The notes beneath the pieces are model-generated. The model saw only the letters and a program-made list of their open reading frames with translations. It did not search any database and had not been told where the DNA came from. A stretch of 64,000 nt of DNA from Gemmiger formicilis. GTDB taxonomy: Bacteria > Bacillota_I > Bacilli_A > RFN20 > CAG-826. Numbering within the stretch: the stretch's first letter is position 1; each line of letters opens with the position of its first letter. The stretch lies in NCBI GenBank assembly GCA_963626345.1, contig CAVFXI010000015.1:12485-76484 (forward strand), in the 5' to 3' direction. Shown piece by piece: positions 1 through 8,977 of the stretch. A program made the translations under genes and the position numbers.

Positions 1-175
1 CTTGCCCTAAAATAACTACCTTAACATTTTCATATGGAGTTAAATTAAAAGCATTAAACATTAAATCTCTTGGAGGATAAACAACTTTGTTTTTATATTC
101 TTCATCCAAAAAAGAATTTAATTTCTTTGAATATTCACGATTTTTTATATCTATAAATAAATCTTCCCATCCCAT
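1..175 (-). CDS. ung: uracil-DNA glycosylase, N-terminal part (runs off the window edge)
   Basis: Hand translation of the minus strand from the ATG at 175 gives MGWEDLFIDIKNREYSKKLNSFLDEEYKNKVVYPPRDLMFNAFNLTPYENVKVVILGQ. This matches the UDG N-terminal pattern (YPP...F.AF..TP...VKVVILGQDPY). It is not in the ORF track because no stop falls in the window. Confidence 0.7.
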   Translation of the reverse strand, partial: MGWEDLFIDIKNREYSKKLNSFLDEEYKNKVVYPPRDLMFNAFNLTPYENVKVVILGQ

Positions 176-177
176 AT

Positions 178-1080
178 TTAAATTTTTCCAGTTTTAATTA
201 AAGTACTAAAAACTTCATATAAAGTCTTTAAACCTAACCAACTTGTAATATTGTTAACATCTAAAGGTGGAGCAATTTCAACCATATCCATTGTATCAAC
301 ATTTAAGCCACCAACAATCCCACAAATTAAAGTTGCAGTTTCAAAATTTGTTAATCCAAATGCTTCTGGAGTCCCTGTTCCTGGAGCATATGCTGGATCG
401 TTTGCATCAATATCATATGAAAGGTAAACAAGATATTTTTTATTTGAATATTTTTTAATTAAATAATTCAATAAATTATCAACACCTAATTTCTTAACAT
501 CGACAGCCTTGAAAACATCAATATTTTTATGTTTTTTCAAAATTTCAATTTCTTGAGCTTCAAAACCTCTTACACCAATTAAGGTGATATTTTTTTCATT
601 ATAACCATATTCAAGCGCACGATAATTTGGACAAGCATGTGAATATTTTGAACCTTCATAAACATCACAAATATCAGGATGCGCATCAATATGAATGATA
701 ACTGGTTCCTTATTTTCTTTTAAACATTTACAATAAAAAGCTCTTTCACTAGCAATTGCAATTGAGTGATCCCCACCAAGAATAACATGAAATCCTTTTT
801 TGCTTAAAAAATTAAATTGCAAATCAGTGGTTAATTTATTGAAATCAAGTGCACTATAATCACCACAATCATACATTTTAACTTTTGTTAAATCATTACC
901 AACCATATCAAGTGCTGGTAAAGCATATGATAGTTCACGCAAAACTTGTGGAGCTTTTGCAGCACCTTTACCAACTGATGCATTGCCATCAAAAGGAATG
1001 CCACAAATAAATACATTTGCATCCTTTTCTTTCTTAACCATTAAATCTCTAAATTCTTTCCCCATAATAATCTTCTCCAA
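178..1080 (-). CDS. arginase/agmatinase-family ureohydrolase (agmatinase-like)
   Basis: Ureohydrolase Mn-binding motifs are present: GGDHS (ILGGDHSIAIAS), DAHPD (IHIDAHPDICD) and SYDIDANDPAYAPGTGTP. Confidence 0.85.
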   Translation of the reverse strand: MEKIIMGKEFRDLMVKKEKDANVFICGIPFDGNASVGKGAAKAPQVLRELSYALPALDMVGNDLTKVKMYDCGDYSALDFNKLTTDLQFNFLSKKGFHVILGGDHSIAIASERAFYCKCLKENKEPVIIHIDAHPDICDVYEGSKYSHACPNYRALEYGYNEKNITLIGVRGFEAQEIEILKKHKNIDVFKAVDVKKLGVDNLLNYLIKKYSNKKYLVYLSYDIDANDPAYAPGTGTPEAFGLTNFETATLICGIVGGLNVDTMDMVEIAPPLDVNNITSWLGLKTLYEVFSTLIKTGKI

Positions 1081-1084
1081 TCTT

Positions 1085-1756
1085 CTACTTTTTATTGCTT
1101 TCTAATTTACCTGCTTTTTTCTTTTTCATCAAATAAAGTTGATGTGATAAAACAGATAAACTTGTTGCCATATTTGTGTTACTAATGATAACGCCTTCCT
1201 TTTTAGAAACTAATGTAGCAGGCGCAAAATTCCAAATAGCCATTGCACCAGATTCAACCAGAACATCTACAATTTCTTGAGCATGTTCTTTTGGAACACA
1301 AATAATTCCTATTTTCGCATTATAATCTCTAAAAACTTTTGGAAGAGTTTTGACATCTCTAATTCTTATTTCATTTATCATTTGCCCAATAACTTTTTCG
1401 TCGTTATCAAATGCGCCAACTATTTTTAAACCATATTCTTTAAAACCTTGATATTTAAGTAAAGCTTTTCCTAAATCTCCAACACCAACTAAAATTGCAT
1501 TGTGAATATCATCATATCCTAAGACATTTTCAATATCCATAATCAATTGGTTGATATCTCTGCCTTTATTTGGAATACCACTTTTTGTTGAAACAACGGC
1601 AATATCTTTTTTAACTTGTTCTCTATTAAGATTTAATATATCTGCTAATTCCTGGCAATTAATATATTTATTTCCTCTTCCTTTTAAATCTTTAATAACA
1701 GTAAGATAATCAGGCATTCTTCTAAGTTGATTTTTATTTAAAATTTTGACACCCAT
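1085..1756 (-). CDS. rex: redox-sensing transcriptional repressor Rex
   Basis: N-terminal wHTH followed by a CoA/NAD-binding Rossmann domain (ILVGVGDLGKALLKY..GLKIVGAFD), about 220 aa. Confidence 0.85.
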   Translation of the reverse strand: MGVKILNKNQLRRMPDYLTVIKDLKGRGNKYINCQELADILNLNREQVKKDIAVVSTKSGIPNKGRDINQLIMDIENVLGYDDIHNAILVGVGDLGKALLKYQGFKEYGLKIVGAFDNDEKVIGQMINEIRIRDVKTLPKVFRDYNAKIGIICVPKEHAQEIVDVLVESGAMAIWNFAPATLVSKKEGVIISNTNMATSLSVLSHQLYLMKKKKAGKLESNKK

Positions 1757-1759
1757 AAA

Positions 1760-2212
1760 CTAAACCTTTCTTATCTTCAAACCATTTCCAATTAAAATTA
1801 ATATAATTGAACCAAAACATATTCCGCCACACCAATACATAAACACTAAGTTTAACCCAGGGTTTTCGATTCCTTGAATATAGCGTTGTTCAATCGTTAA
1901 AAAATATATCGTTGTGTAATAAAGCAAAAATAAAATTGTTGCAAAAAAAGCGAACTTTGGCGAAAGATTTTTTATTAAGCATCTTAAATTAACTATTATA
2001 AAAGCAATTAACAACACAAAATAGATGCTCCATAAAATCATAGGTAATAAATAATATGTTTCTTTAAAATTCGATTTTAGACCAGAAAAATCTCCCATTA
2101 TGGTTTTTCCCATGATAATAGTAAGTATTTCAAAAACATAAACGAAACAATTAATTAAAATTAATACAATTGTTCCAATTAAATTCAACATTTTCCCTAC
2201 AAAATTTTTCAT
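1760..2212 (-). CDS. hypothetical small membrane protein (4 predicted TM helices)
   Basis: ORF with hydrophobic segments, 3 nt upstream of rex on the same strand; no recognisable motif. Confidence 0.45.
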   Translation of the reverse strand: MKNFVGKMLNLIGTIVLILINCFVYVFEILTIIMGKTIMGDFSGLKSNFKETYYLLPMILWSIYFVLLIAFIIVNLRCLIKNLSPKFAFFATILFLLYYTTIYFLTIEQRYIQGIENPGLNLVFMYWCGGICFGSIILILIGNGLKIRKV

Positions 2213-2385
2213 TTACTTTTTCTCATTGCTTCTACTTCGAAAGAAACCTTCTTTCAAAGCAATATTATTCTAGCACTTTTAATGTTCAATTAGTCTAAAG
2301 ATATAATTAAGATTCGATTTTATTATAATTATTTCTAAAATTCTCGAAACTATAGATATTATTTTTTGAAATTTAAAAGTTTAAA

Positions 2386-3243
2386 ATGTATTATAAAAGA
2401 ATGAAAATTGCTTTAGTTTTACAAGGCGGAGGTTCAAGAGGAATCTTTACAACTGCTATTTTAGATTCATTATTAGACACCGATATCAAAATCGATAAGG
2501 TTTTTGCTGTATCTGCAGGTGGTTTAAATGCAATGAACTTCTTAAGCAAACAAAAGGGAAGGGCTAAAAAAGCTACATTACTTACTTTTAAATCCAAGGA
2601 CTTTAAATCAATTACAAATGTAATTAGAAAGCATACATTTGTTGATTTTAATTATTATTTTAATGAATTAAATAAAGAATTGCCTTTCGATGATGAAACA
2701 TTCAAAAACAATAAAACTGATTTATGTGTTGTTGCTACTTCTTTAGATACTGGAAAAGCGTCATATTTTAATAAAAGTGAGCTAGAAAATTTTAATGAAG
2801 CACTAAAAGCATCTGCTTCGCTTCCATTTGTTGCAAAACCTGTAAATATTAATGATGAATTATTTTTAGATGGTGGCGATAGCGATCCTGTACCATTTAA
2901 AAAAGCATTAAATGAAGGGTTTGATAAAGTTATTGTTGTTACAACTCGCCCTTATGGTTTTAGAAAAGACCCAAAAACTAAAAATAGAAAAGAAAGACTT
3001 ATTAAATTTGTCTTTAAAAAATACCCTAATTTCATGAATGCATTATTAAATTCACATATGAATTATAACAAGTGCATGGATGAACTTGAGGCAGGAAATG
3101 ATAATGTTTTTTTAATCCAACCACCAGAAAACATCAATTTAAAACACCTCGAAACAAACGAGAAGAAATTGGATTATTATTACAATTTGGGTGTTAAAGT
3201 TTTTGAAGAAAATAAAGAAAAGTTAGTTAAATTTCTTAACTAA
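2386..3243 (+). CDS. patatin-like phospholipase
   Basis: Oxyanion hole LQGGGSRG, GxSxG nucleophile (AVSAGG) and a DGG motif (FLDGGDSD). Confidence 0.8.
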   Translation: MYYKRMKIALVLQGGGSRGIFTTAILDSLLDTDIKIDKVFAVSAGGLNAMNFLSKQKGRAKKATLLTFKSKDFKSITNVIRKHTFVDFNYYFNELNKELPFDDETFKNNKTDLCVVATSLDTGKASYFNKSELENFNEALKASASLPFVAKPVNINDELFLDGGDSDPVPFKKALNEGFDKVIVVTTRPYGFRKDPKTKNRKERLIKFVFKKYPNFMNALLNSHMNYNKCMDELEAGNDNVFLIQPPENINLKHLETNEKKLDYYYNLGVKVFEENKEKLVKFLN

Positions 3244-3946
3244 CTTTATTCATTCTATATCCTGTTCCAATATCTGTTCTTATGATCTTCGAACTTCGAG
3301 GATCTTTTTCAATTTTCTTTCTAATTCCTGCCATAAAAACTCTTAGACCATTTTGATCATTGCCTCCACGACCCCAAACATGAGCAATAATATAATCGTA
3401 TGTAAGAGTTTTTCCTAAATTCATTGCTAAAAGAACGATAATTTTATATTCGAAGTTTGTGAAATGGACTTCAATGCCATTAATGAATATTGTTTTAGCG
3501 TCAAAATCAATTGTTAAATTTCCATTTATAAATAAATGTTCGTTTTCATCCTTTTGATACCTAAATTGATTCCTAATTCTTGCTAATAATTCATAATTAT
3601 TGAATGGCTTTACAATATAATCATTTGCACCTGTATCAAAAGCCATAACTTTGCTTTCTACATTAACCCTACTTGAAACAACTATAATTGGTAACGTATT
3701 TGTAAAACTTCTTACGGTATCAATGACAACCATGCCATCTTTATCTTTTAAATTTAATTCAAGAATAATTAAATCAATTACTTTTTTAATACAAGTATCG
3801 ATAGCTTCTTGGGCACTAGAAACAAAGATTGTTTGGTAGCCTTCGGTTTTTAATAATTTTGCAATATTGTTGGCGCTTGTTTTGTCGCTTTCAACAATCA
3901 ATATAGTTTTCGATTTCATAAAATTATTATACATTAATTTTCGCAT
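3236..3946 (-). CDS. orphan OmpR/PhoB-family response regulator (receiver + winged-helix), atypical: the phospho-acceptor position is Glu
   Basis: Receiver fold with K (IVKPF) and S/T (IVVSS) conserved, but the DLIILELNLKDKDG segment aligns to PhoB DLILLDWMLPGGSG with E in place of D53. C-terminal trans_reg_C wHTH. No histidine kinase gene adjacent. Confidence 0.75.
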   Translation of the reverse strand: MRKLMYNNFMKSKTILIVESDKTSANNIAKLLKTEGYQTIFVSSAQEAIDTCIKKVIDLIILELNLKDKDGMVVIDTVRSFTNTLPIIVVSSRVNVESKVMAFDTGANDYIVKPFNNYELLARIRNQFRYQKDENEHLFINGNLTIDFDAKTIFINGIEVHFTNFEYKIIVLLAMNLGKTLTYDYIIAHVWGRGGNDQNGLRVFMAGIRKKIEKDPRSSKIIRTDIGTGYRMNKVS

Positions 3947-4116
3947 TTATTATAAAAATTTATACACAGGTGTATTAACTACATAAATAGATATTATTTT
4001 TAATCTAATATATTAAATTATATAGCGACTATCAGTTCTTTTTCGTTCATGAAATAGGTAATTTCATAAATGAACATTTTCCAATTTCATTGTCAAATCC
4101 CACTTCAATTTAAAAA

Positions 4117-4192
4117 TGGTGGAACAAATGGGGATCGAACCCACGACCTCATCGTTGCGAACGATGCGCTCTCCCAACTGAGCTATTGTCCC
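4117..4192 (-). tRNA. tRNA-Ala (anticodon CGC), with encoded CCA
   Basis: Reverse complement is GGGACAATAGCTCAGTTGGGAGAGCGCATCGTTCGCAACGATGAGGTCGTGGGTTCGATCCCCATTTGTTCCACCA. It has a G3:U70 Ala identity pair and the Ala-type D-arm GCTCAGTTGGGAGAGC. The anticodon loop is TTCGCAA and the T-arm is GGTTCGATCC. Confidence 0.85.
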
Positions 4193-4280
4193 ACGCTTTT
4201 ATTATCTTACACTTTTTTCAACTAAAAATCTTTTTATTTTTTCGAAGATAATTAAGGCTAATTATATTAAACTATTTAAT

Positions 4281-5528
4281 ATGGAAAACAAAGTCATTGC
4301 AGTAATAGACATGAAAGCTTTTTATGCGTCAATTGAATGCGTTGAAAGAGGACTTGATCCTTTAAAAACACTTCTTGCAGTAACAGATACTGCTAGAAAA
4401 GAAGCAACAATTGTTCTTAGTGTTTCGCATGCACTAAAAATGATGGGTGTTCCATCAAGATGTAGAAGAAAAGAATTACCAAAAGATAAAGATATAATTT
4501 TAGCGGTCCCTCAAATGGAAAAATATGTTAAAAAAAGCGCAGAAATCGTCTCTATATTCCTTGATTTTGTTGGTCAAGATGATATTCATATTTATTCAAT
4601 TGATGAGTGCTTTTTAAATCTTGGACCTTATCTAAAATTATATAAATGCACACCTAAAGAACTTGTTAAAAAAATATTAACCAAAATTAAGGACCAAACA
4701 GGTTTAATTGCAACTGCTGGGATTGGGCCTAATATGTTTTTAGCTAAAGTTGCTGATGATATAGAAGCTAAAACAAATGAAGATTTTATTGCTGAATGGA
4801 CATACGATGATGTTCCAAAAAAATTATGGCCTTTAAAACCTTTGAATAAAATGTGGGGAATAAGCATAGGATATAGTACAAAACTAAACTTATTAGGAAT
4901 TTATACTGTAGGTGATTTGGCAAATTACGATAAAGAAGAATTAATTGATAGATTTGGTATTCTAGGCGCCGAACTTCATAACCATGCAAATGGAATAGAT
5001 GAAACAGATATTAGAGATAAATATTTACCATTAAATAAGGGTCTTTCTTTGGGACAAGTCTTGATGCGAGATTATACAAAAAAAGAATCCATTCTAATTT
5101 TAAAAGAAATGTGTGACGAATTAACTATTAGACTAAGAAAAATAAATAAAAATTGTGGCTGCGTACATTTAGGAATAGGATATTCAAGCGCTGTAGATGG
5201 CGGATTTTTTCATCAAGTTAAATTATTGGCTCCTTCTTCAGTTAATAGTGATTTATTAAAAGCAATCATGTATTTATTTAACACATATTGCGAGGATAAA
5301 CCAATTAGAAGAGTATGTATTTCGTATACTGATTTATCAAATAAAGCAACTCAACAACTTTCATTATTTTCAGATATTGAATCACTTGATGATGAAGAAG
5401 AAATGTATAAAACATTGGATGAAGTTATGGAAAAATTTGGTAAGAACAGTGTCTCAAGAACTAGTGCTTTAACAAAATCAAGCACAATAAAAGAAAGACA
5501 TAACCAAATAGGAGGTCATAGAAGATGA
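4281..5528 (+). CDS. Y-family translesion DNA polymerase (DinB/UvrX-like)
   Basis: N-terminus VIAVIDMKAFYASIE (IMS/UmuC family catalytic Asp region), about 415 aa. Followed by an overlapping yolD-like gene, as in the Bacillus uvrX-yolD pair. Confidence 0.85.
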   Translation: MENKVIAVIDMKAFYASIECVERGLDPLKTLLAVTDTARKEATIVLSVSHALKMMGVPSRCRRKELPKDKDIILAVPQMEKYVKKSAEIVSIFLDFVGQDDIHIYSIDECFLNLGPYLKLYKCTPKELVKKILTKIKDQTGLIATAGIGPNMFLAKVADDIEAKTNEDFIAEWTYDDVPKKLWPLKPLNKMWGISIGYSTKLNLLGIYTVGDLANYDKEELIDRFGILGAELHNHANGIDETDIRDKYLPLNKGLSLGQVLMRDYTKKESILILKEMCDELTIRLRKINKNCGCVHLGIGYSSAVDGGFFHQVKLLAPSSVNSDLLKAIMYLFNTYCEDKPIRRVCISYTDLSNKATQQLSLFSDIESLDDEEEMYKTLDEVMEKFGKNSVSRTSALTKSSTIKERHNQIGGHRR

Positions 5529-5857
5529 GTGATGATCGTGGAATGAAAAAATGGCTTCCGTTTTCTTCTCTTGTTGAACAAAACCAATTTTTAGAAGAAA
5601 TGTTATACGAAAAAAATAAAATTCGTAAACCAAAAATATCTACAGAACAAGCGCGAAAAATTGATTTAATTTTACATGAGCACGTAGATATCCCACTAAC
5701 TTTTAAAATATATTTCGATGGATATTTATATACGTTTCGCGCTCAAATTCAAAAAATCGATAAAAATAGCAATTTAATTTATTTTAAAAATTTCTTTATT
5801 CCAATTAAGGATATTATAGATATCGATGATCCTTCAGACTTTGAAAATATATGCTAA
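5525..5857 (+). CDS. YolD-like protein (UmuD-analogue accessory of the Y-family polymerase)
   Basis: DRGMKKWLPFSSL matches the YolD-family signature (RGMxKWxPFxSL). 4-nt overlap with the polymerase gene. Confidence 0.75.
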   Translation: MSDDRGMKKWLPFSSLVEQNQFLEEMLYEKNKIRKPKISTEQARKIDLILHEHVDIPLTFKIYFDGYLYTFRAQIQKIDKNSNLIYFKNFFIPIKDIIDIDDPSDFENIC

Positions 5858-5884
5858 AAAGAGCTCAATTAAATGAGCTCTTTT
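5856..5884. terminator. bidirectional intrinsic terminator between yolD-like (+) and the aminopeptidase (-)
   Basis: AAAAAGAGCTCA-ATTAAA-TGAGCTCTTTT: 9-bp GC-containing stem flanked by A-run and T-run. Confidence 0.7.
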
Positions 5885-5887
5885 AAT

Positions 5888-7117
5888 TTAAATGGCCCAA
5901 TTGCCATTTTTAAATATTTGATGTTTATTTCCTTTATCGTCTATGCCAACAATATCCATATCTTCAGTGCCAATCATAAAATCTACATGGCTTCCTGAAT
6001 GGTTGATACCTTTTTTGGTTATTTCTTCAAGTGTCATATTTTCATAACCTTTTAAAAGTGATGGGAATCCAGTTCCTAATGCAATATGGCATGAAGCATT
6101 TTCATCATATAAAGTTGAATAGAATAAAGCTCCTGTATTATTAATTGGAGAATCATAAGGAATCAACGAAACTTCACCTAAATAGCAAGCATTTTCATCA
6201 ACTTCGACCATTTGCTTTACAAGTTCAATGCCTTTTTTTGCCCCATAATCAACTACTTTACCATCATGAAATTTAAACCAGAATCCTTCAATAACTTGAC
6301 CCATATAGCATAAAGGCTTTGAAGCATAAACCATTCCTTCTGCTTTACCTTTCATTGGTGAAGTAAACATTTCTTCTGTTGGAATATTTGGTTGGAAATA
6401 TATTTTACTATCTCTAGTCATTTCTCCGCCACCAAGCCACATAACATCAGGAATTAATCCAACTGTAAAGTCAGTGCCTAAAGAATTATGATAATGCAAT
6501 TCCCTTAAATTAAGTGAATTTAAAACTTCTGCTTTTTTATGTAAGTTTTCATCGTGTTTTTCCCAATTTTTAATAGGATCACCTTCATAGGCTCTACTAA
6601 CTTTTAAAATTAATTCCCATAAAGCTTCAACAGCCTCATCATCTGAAAGTTTTGGAAACATCTTTTTTGCCCATCCTATGCTAGGAACTCCAGCTATGCA
6701 CCATTGGTATTTATCATCCATATCATCTCTATATTTACGAATAATAGGCATTAATGCTTTCATTGCTTTACCTTGTTTATCTAAATCAATTTTAGTTAAT
6801 GAATCTGGATCGTCTGATTCAATATAAATTCTGCAAGGTAAAGTATCATGCCAGTATTGCCATCTAGCATCTTGCCATTTGTTTAAAGAACCCAAATCTT
6901 CAACGCTTTTATATTTATAGTTTAGGATTGTTAAAGTTGGATCACTCCATAAAACTAAAACATCTTTAGCCCCACACTTATAACATTCATCAACTAAAAT
7001 TCTTATAAATTCTGGTTGATCTAATGATGCTTGAATAACAACATCTTGTCCTTTTTGTATATTAACTCCACTTACAGCAATTAAATGCGCATATTCTCTT
7101 AATATTGATTCTTTCAT
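5888..7117 (-). CDS. M29-family aminopeptidase (PepS / aminopeptidase T-like)
   Basis: About 410 aa with LREYAHLIAVSGVNIQKGQDVVIQ, an N-terminus typical of thermophilic metalloprotease M29. Start moved to the internal Met (MKESILREYA) to remove overlap with the upstream gene. Confidence 0.7.
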   Translation of the reverse strand: MKESILREYAHLIAVSGVNIQKGQDVVIQASLDQPEFIRILVDECYKCGAKDVLVLWSDPTLTILNYKYKSVEDLGSLNKWQDARWQYWHDTLPCRIYIESDDPDSLTKIDLDKQGKAMKALMPIIRKYRDDMDDKYQWCIAGVPSIGWAKKMFPKLSDDEAVEALWELILKVSRAYEGDPIKNWEKHDENLHKKAEVLNSLNLRELHYHNSLGTDFTVGLIPDVMWLGGGEMTRDSKIYFQPNIPTEEMFTSPMKGKAEGMVYASKPLCYMGQVIEGFWFKFHDGKVVDYGAKKGIELVKQMVEVDENACYLGEVSLIPYDSPINNTGALFYSTLYDENASCHIALGTGFPSLLKGYENMTLEEITKKGINHSGSHVDFMIGTEDMDIVGIDDKGNKHQIFKNGNWAI

Positions 7118-7133
7118 ATTTTTCTTCTTTCTA

Positions 7134-7736
7134 TTACTTTTTGCAGCCAGTAAATTCACTAAATTTTGGCAATGTTAAACACCAATCACAAAATACATGC
7201 CATTCTTTTAATTTATGATTTTTTCTTTGATTAAAAATTGTTTTTAATTGTTGATAATTTGTAGTCATCGAAGCTCCAAGGCAAAAACCACATGGCGTAG
7301 AAGCGACAAGTTCTCTCCATTTTTCTTTTTTCTTTTCAACATCATCTTCAGGAATAGCATTATATTCATCTTTTATTTTAGAAACAATTTCTAAAACTTG
7401 TTTGTTAGTATCTGGAACGCATTGTTTTTCAACATCAAACTTCAATAAACAATGCATAGTAGATTGAGAAGAAATAAAATCTAGCCAATGATATCTTTGT
7501 GCTTCTTTCCACCAAAATAATGGAGCAGTAACATCAAATTGAACAATAATTCCTTTTAAGAAATTATCATGCCCTTGTCCACTTAAACAAGTTCCTAATT
7601 TTTCAGCGCGAATAATATCTTTTTCGTTTACTTCACTTCTATCAAACTCTGTTCTCATTGGATTGCCACTTGCTTTTAATGTGTAATCCATTCCATAAAC
7701 ATTGGTGTTTTTAATATTAAATTCCATTTTCTTCAC
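7134..7736 (-). CDS. ThyX-like (flavin-dependent thymidylate synthase fold) protein with a divergent active-site motif
   Basis: GQGHDNFLKGIIVQFDVTAPLFWWKEAQRYHW aligns to ThyX [30 protein letters not shown], and the C-terminal N..L..F.N.R...W segment is conserved. The hallmark RHR is RYH here and the SGR Ser-Arg motif is STM. Overlaps folD by 20 nt (operon). Confidence 0.5.
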   Translation of the reverse strand: MKKMEFNIKNTNVYGMDYTLKASGNPMRTEFDRSEVNEKDIIRAEKLGTCLSGQGHDNFLKGIIVQFDVTAPLFWWKEAQRYHWLDFISSQSTMHCLLKFDVEKQCVPDTNKQVLEIVSKIKDEYNAIPEDDVEKKKEKWRELVASTPCGFCLGASMTTNYQQLKTIFNQRKNHKLKEWHVFCDWCLTLPKFSEFTGCKK

Positions 7737-8517
7737 AAACCTCCTTCAAATTAATTAATAATGCTAGTCTGGTCAATAAACCTACACCGCCAGGAACTGG
7801 CGATTGATATGCTACATTTAAATCAGGTACACAATCACCATATAATTTCCCATCTTCTCTATTAATTCCAACATCAAAGACAACACAATCTTTTTTAAAA
7901 TTATATCTATTATCCATGTTGTATTTTCTTCCGATTGAAACGACAATTAAATCTGCATGTTCAATATAAAACTTCTTATCTTCTTCAGTTGTTTTAGTGT
8001 GTAAATTTATTACATTCATATCAAGTTTTAACAAAATATCATGCATTGGTTTTCCAACAATATTGCTTCTTCCCAAAACAACTGCATTTTTGCCTTTAAA
8101 AACAAAATTATTATCTTTTAAAAATTCAACAATTCCTTTTGGAGTTGCTGGAACATATTTAGAATATTGATTGAAGCCATCAACATCTTTTTCAGGAACA
8201 ATACTTTTTTTAATTACTTCTTCATCTATTTGTTTTGGGAGAGGCATTTGTACTATAAAAGCATCAACACTTGTGTCATTATTTAATTCGTTAACAAGTT
8301 TTAATAATTCTTCTTGTGATGTTTCATCGCTTAGTTTTATAAGTTTTGCATCAACACAAATTTCCTCACAATCTTTTAATTTTCCTCTTATATAAGCATT
8401 ACTTGCGGGATCATCATTTAACTGCACTATTACTAGACTTTTTTTCCTAGCAAATTGACTAAAATATTTCTTTAATTCTAATTTCTTTTCAACTGTGTAT
8501 TCTTTAATGTTTTTCAT
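7717..8517 (-). CDS. folD: bifunctional methylenetetrahydrofolate dehydrogenase/cyclohydrolase FolD
   Basis: GKNAVVLGRSNIVGKPM Rossmann motif and PVPGGVGLLT near the C-terminus; about 266 aa. Confidence 0.9.
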   Translation of the reverse strand: MKNIKEYTVEKKLELKKYFSQFARKKSLVIVQLNDDPASNAYIRGKLKDCEEICVDAKLIKLSDETSQEELLKLVNELNNDTSVDAFIVQMPLPKQIDEEVIKKSIVPEKDVDGFNQYSKYVPATPKGIVEFLKDNNFVFKGKNAVVLGRSNIVGKPMHDILLKLDMNVINLHTKTTEEDKKFYIEHADLIVVSIGRKYNMDNRYNFKKDCVVFDVGINREDGKLYGDCVPDLNVAYQSPVPGGVGLLTRLALLINLKEVCEENGI

Positions 8518-8650
8518 GGCTATAATTTTATCAAATTAATAATAATTTAGAATAGAAAGCGATTCAAAATTGAAAAAAAGTAAAGTTCACAAATGAAACA
8601 TCAATCAATCATTCTTGAAACTTTAATGAAAAAGCATATCAATTGCTCAT

Positions 8651-8683
8651 TCTTTTATAAAAAAACAAGGTTTGCACCTTGTC
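8651..8683 (-). terminator. intrinsic terminator of secG
   Basis: Minus-strand reading: ACAAGGTGCAAACCTTGT hairpin followed by TTTTTTT directly after the secG stop. Confidence 0.7.
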
Positions 8684-8977
8684 TTAAAATTTTAATAGAT
8701 TAATTATTTGTAAAGCTGTAGTTGTTGAGTCAGATGAACTTGAGCTTGATTTAACTAAAACGCTACTTAATAATGCAAAGAACAAAAATACTATGCCAAA
8801 TCCAAGTGTCAAATAAGAAATAATTAATTCACTACCTCTTTCTTTGGTTTTAACGAAAACATTCATTCCGCCACCAGTAATAGCACCTGAAGCACCTTCG
8901 CTTTTTCCACCTTGGAGCAAACTTAAAACAATAATAACTAAACAAACAACCCAAAATACATAATCATACCATTGCAT
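8684..8977 (-). CDS. secG: preprotein translocase subunit SecG
   Basis: LLQGGKSEGASGAITGGG glycine-rich loop between two TM helices. Start set at MQW with GGAGGAA 7 nt upstream; the ORF-track N-terminal 27 residues are probably not translated. Confidence 0.75.
   Translation of the reverse strand: MQWYDYVFWVVCLVIIVLSLLQGGKSEGASGAITGGGMNVFVKTKERGSELIISYLTLGFGIVFLFFALLSSVLVKSSSSSSDSTTTALQIINLLKF

Noticed and set aside
267-458. Small plus-strand ORF inside the agmatinase gene. Similar short antisense or alternate-frame ORFs occur at 2391..2597, 3651..3839, 4628..4989, 8171..8395, 9241..9447, 11603..12235, 13428..13625, 14713..14916, 16097..16306, 18364..18828, 20534..20731, 24330..24515, 25298..25594, 26460..26762, 31099..31377, 31950..32153, 35157..35453, 37488..37676, 38259..38483, 38958..39143, 40765..40986, 44977..45168, 47970..48194, 48949..49649, 49746..49940, 52567..52788, 55780..55974 and 59066..59463
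   Set aside because: Each overlaps a longer ORF with clear homology. The translations are compositionally biased with no motifs. They are typical shadow ORFs of an AT-rich genome
4040-4075. Imperfect inverted repeat GTTCATGAAAT...ATTTCATAAATGAAC downstream of the tRNA
   Set aside because: It is not followed by a U-run on the tRNA strand and is AT-rich. It is not a convincing terminator or operator. Left unannotated
4193-4280. Looked for a LexA/Cheo box (GAAC-N4-GTTC) upstream of the Y-family polymerase
   Set aside because: No match in the 88-nt upstream region. Only a loose GTTC-N6-GTTC pair lies further upstream at about 4035-4050
8518-8650. Looked for a ZTP (pfl) or THF riboswitch upstream of folD
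   Set aside because: No GC-rich pseudoknot-forming segments. The sequence is AT-rich promoter-like DNA only
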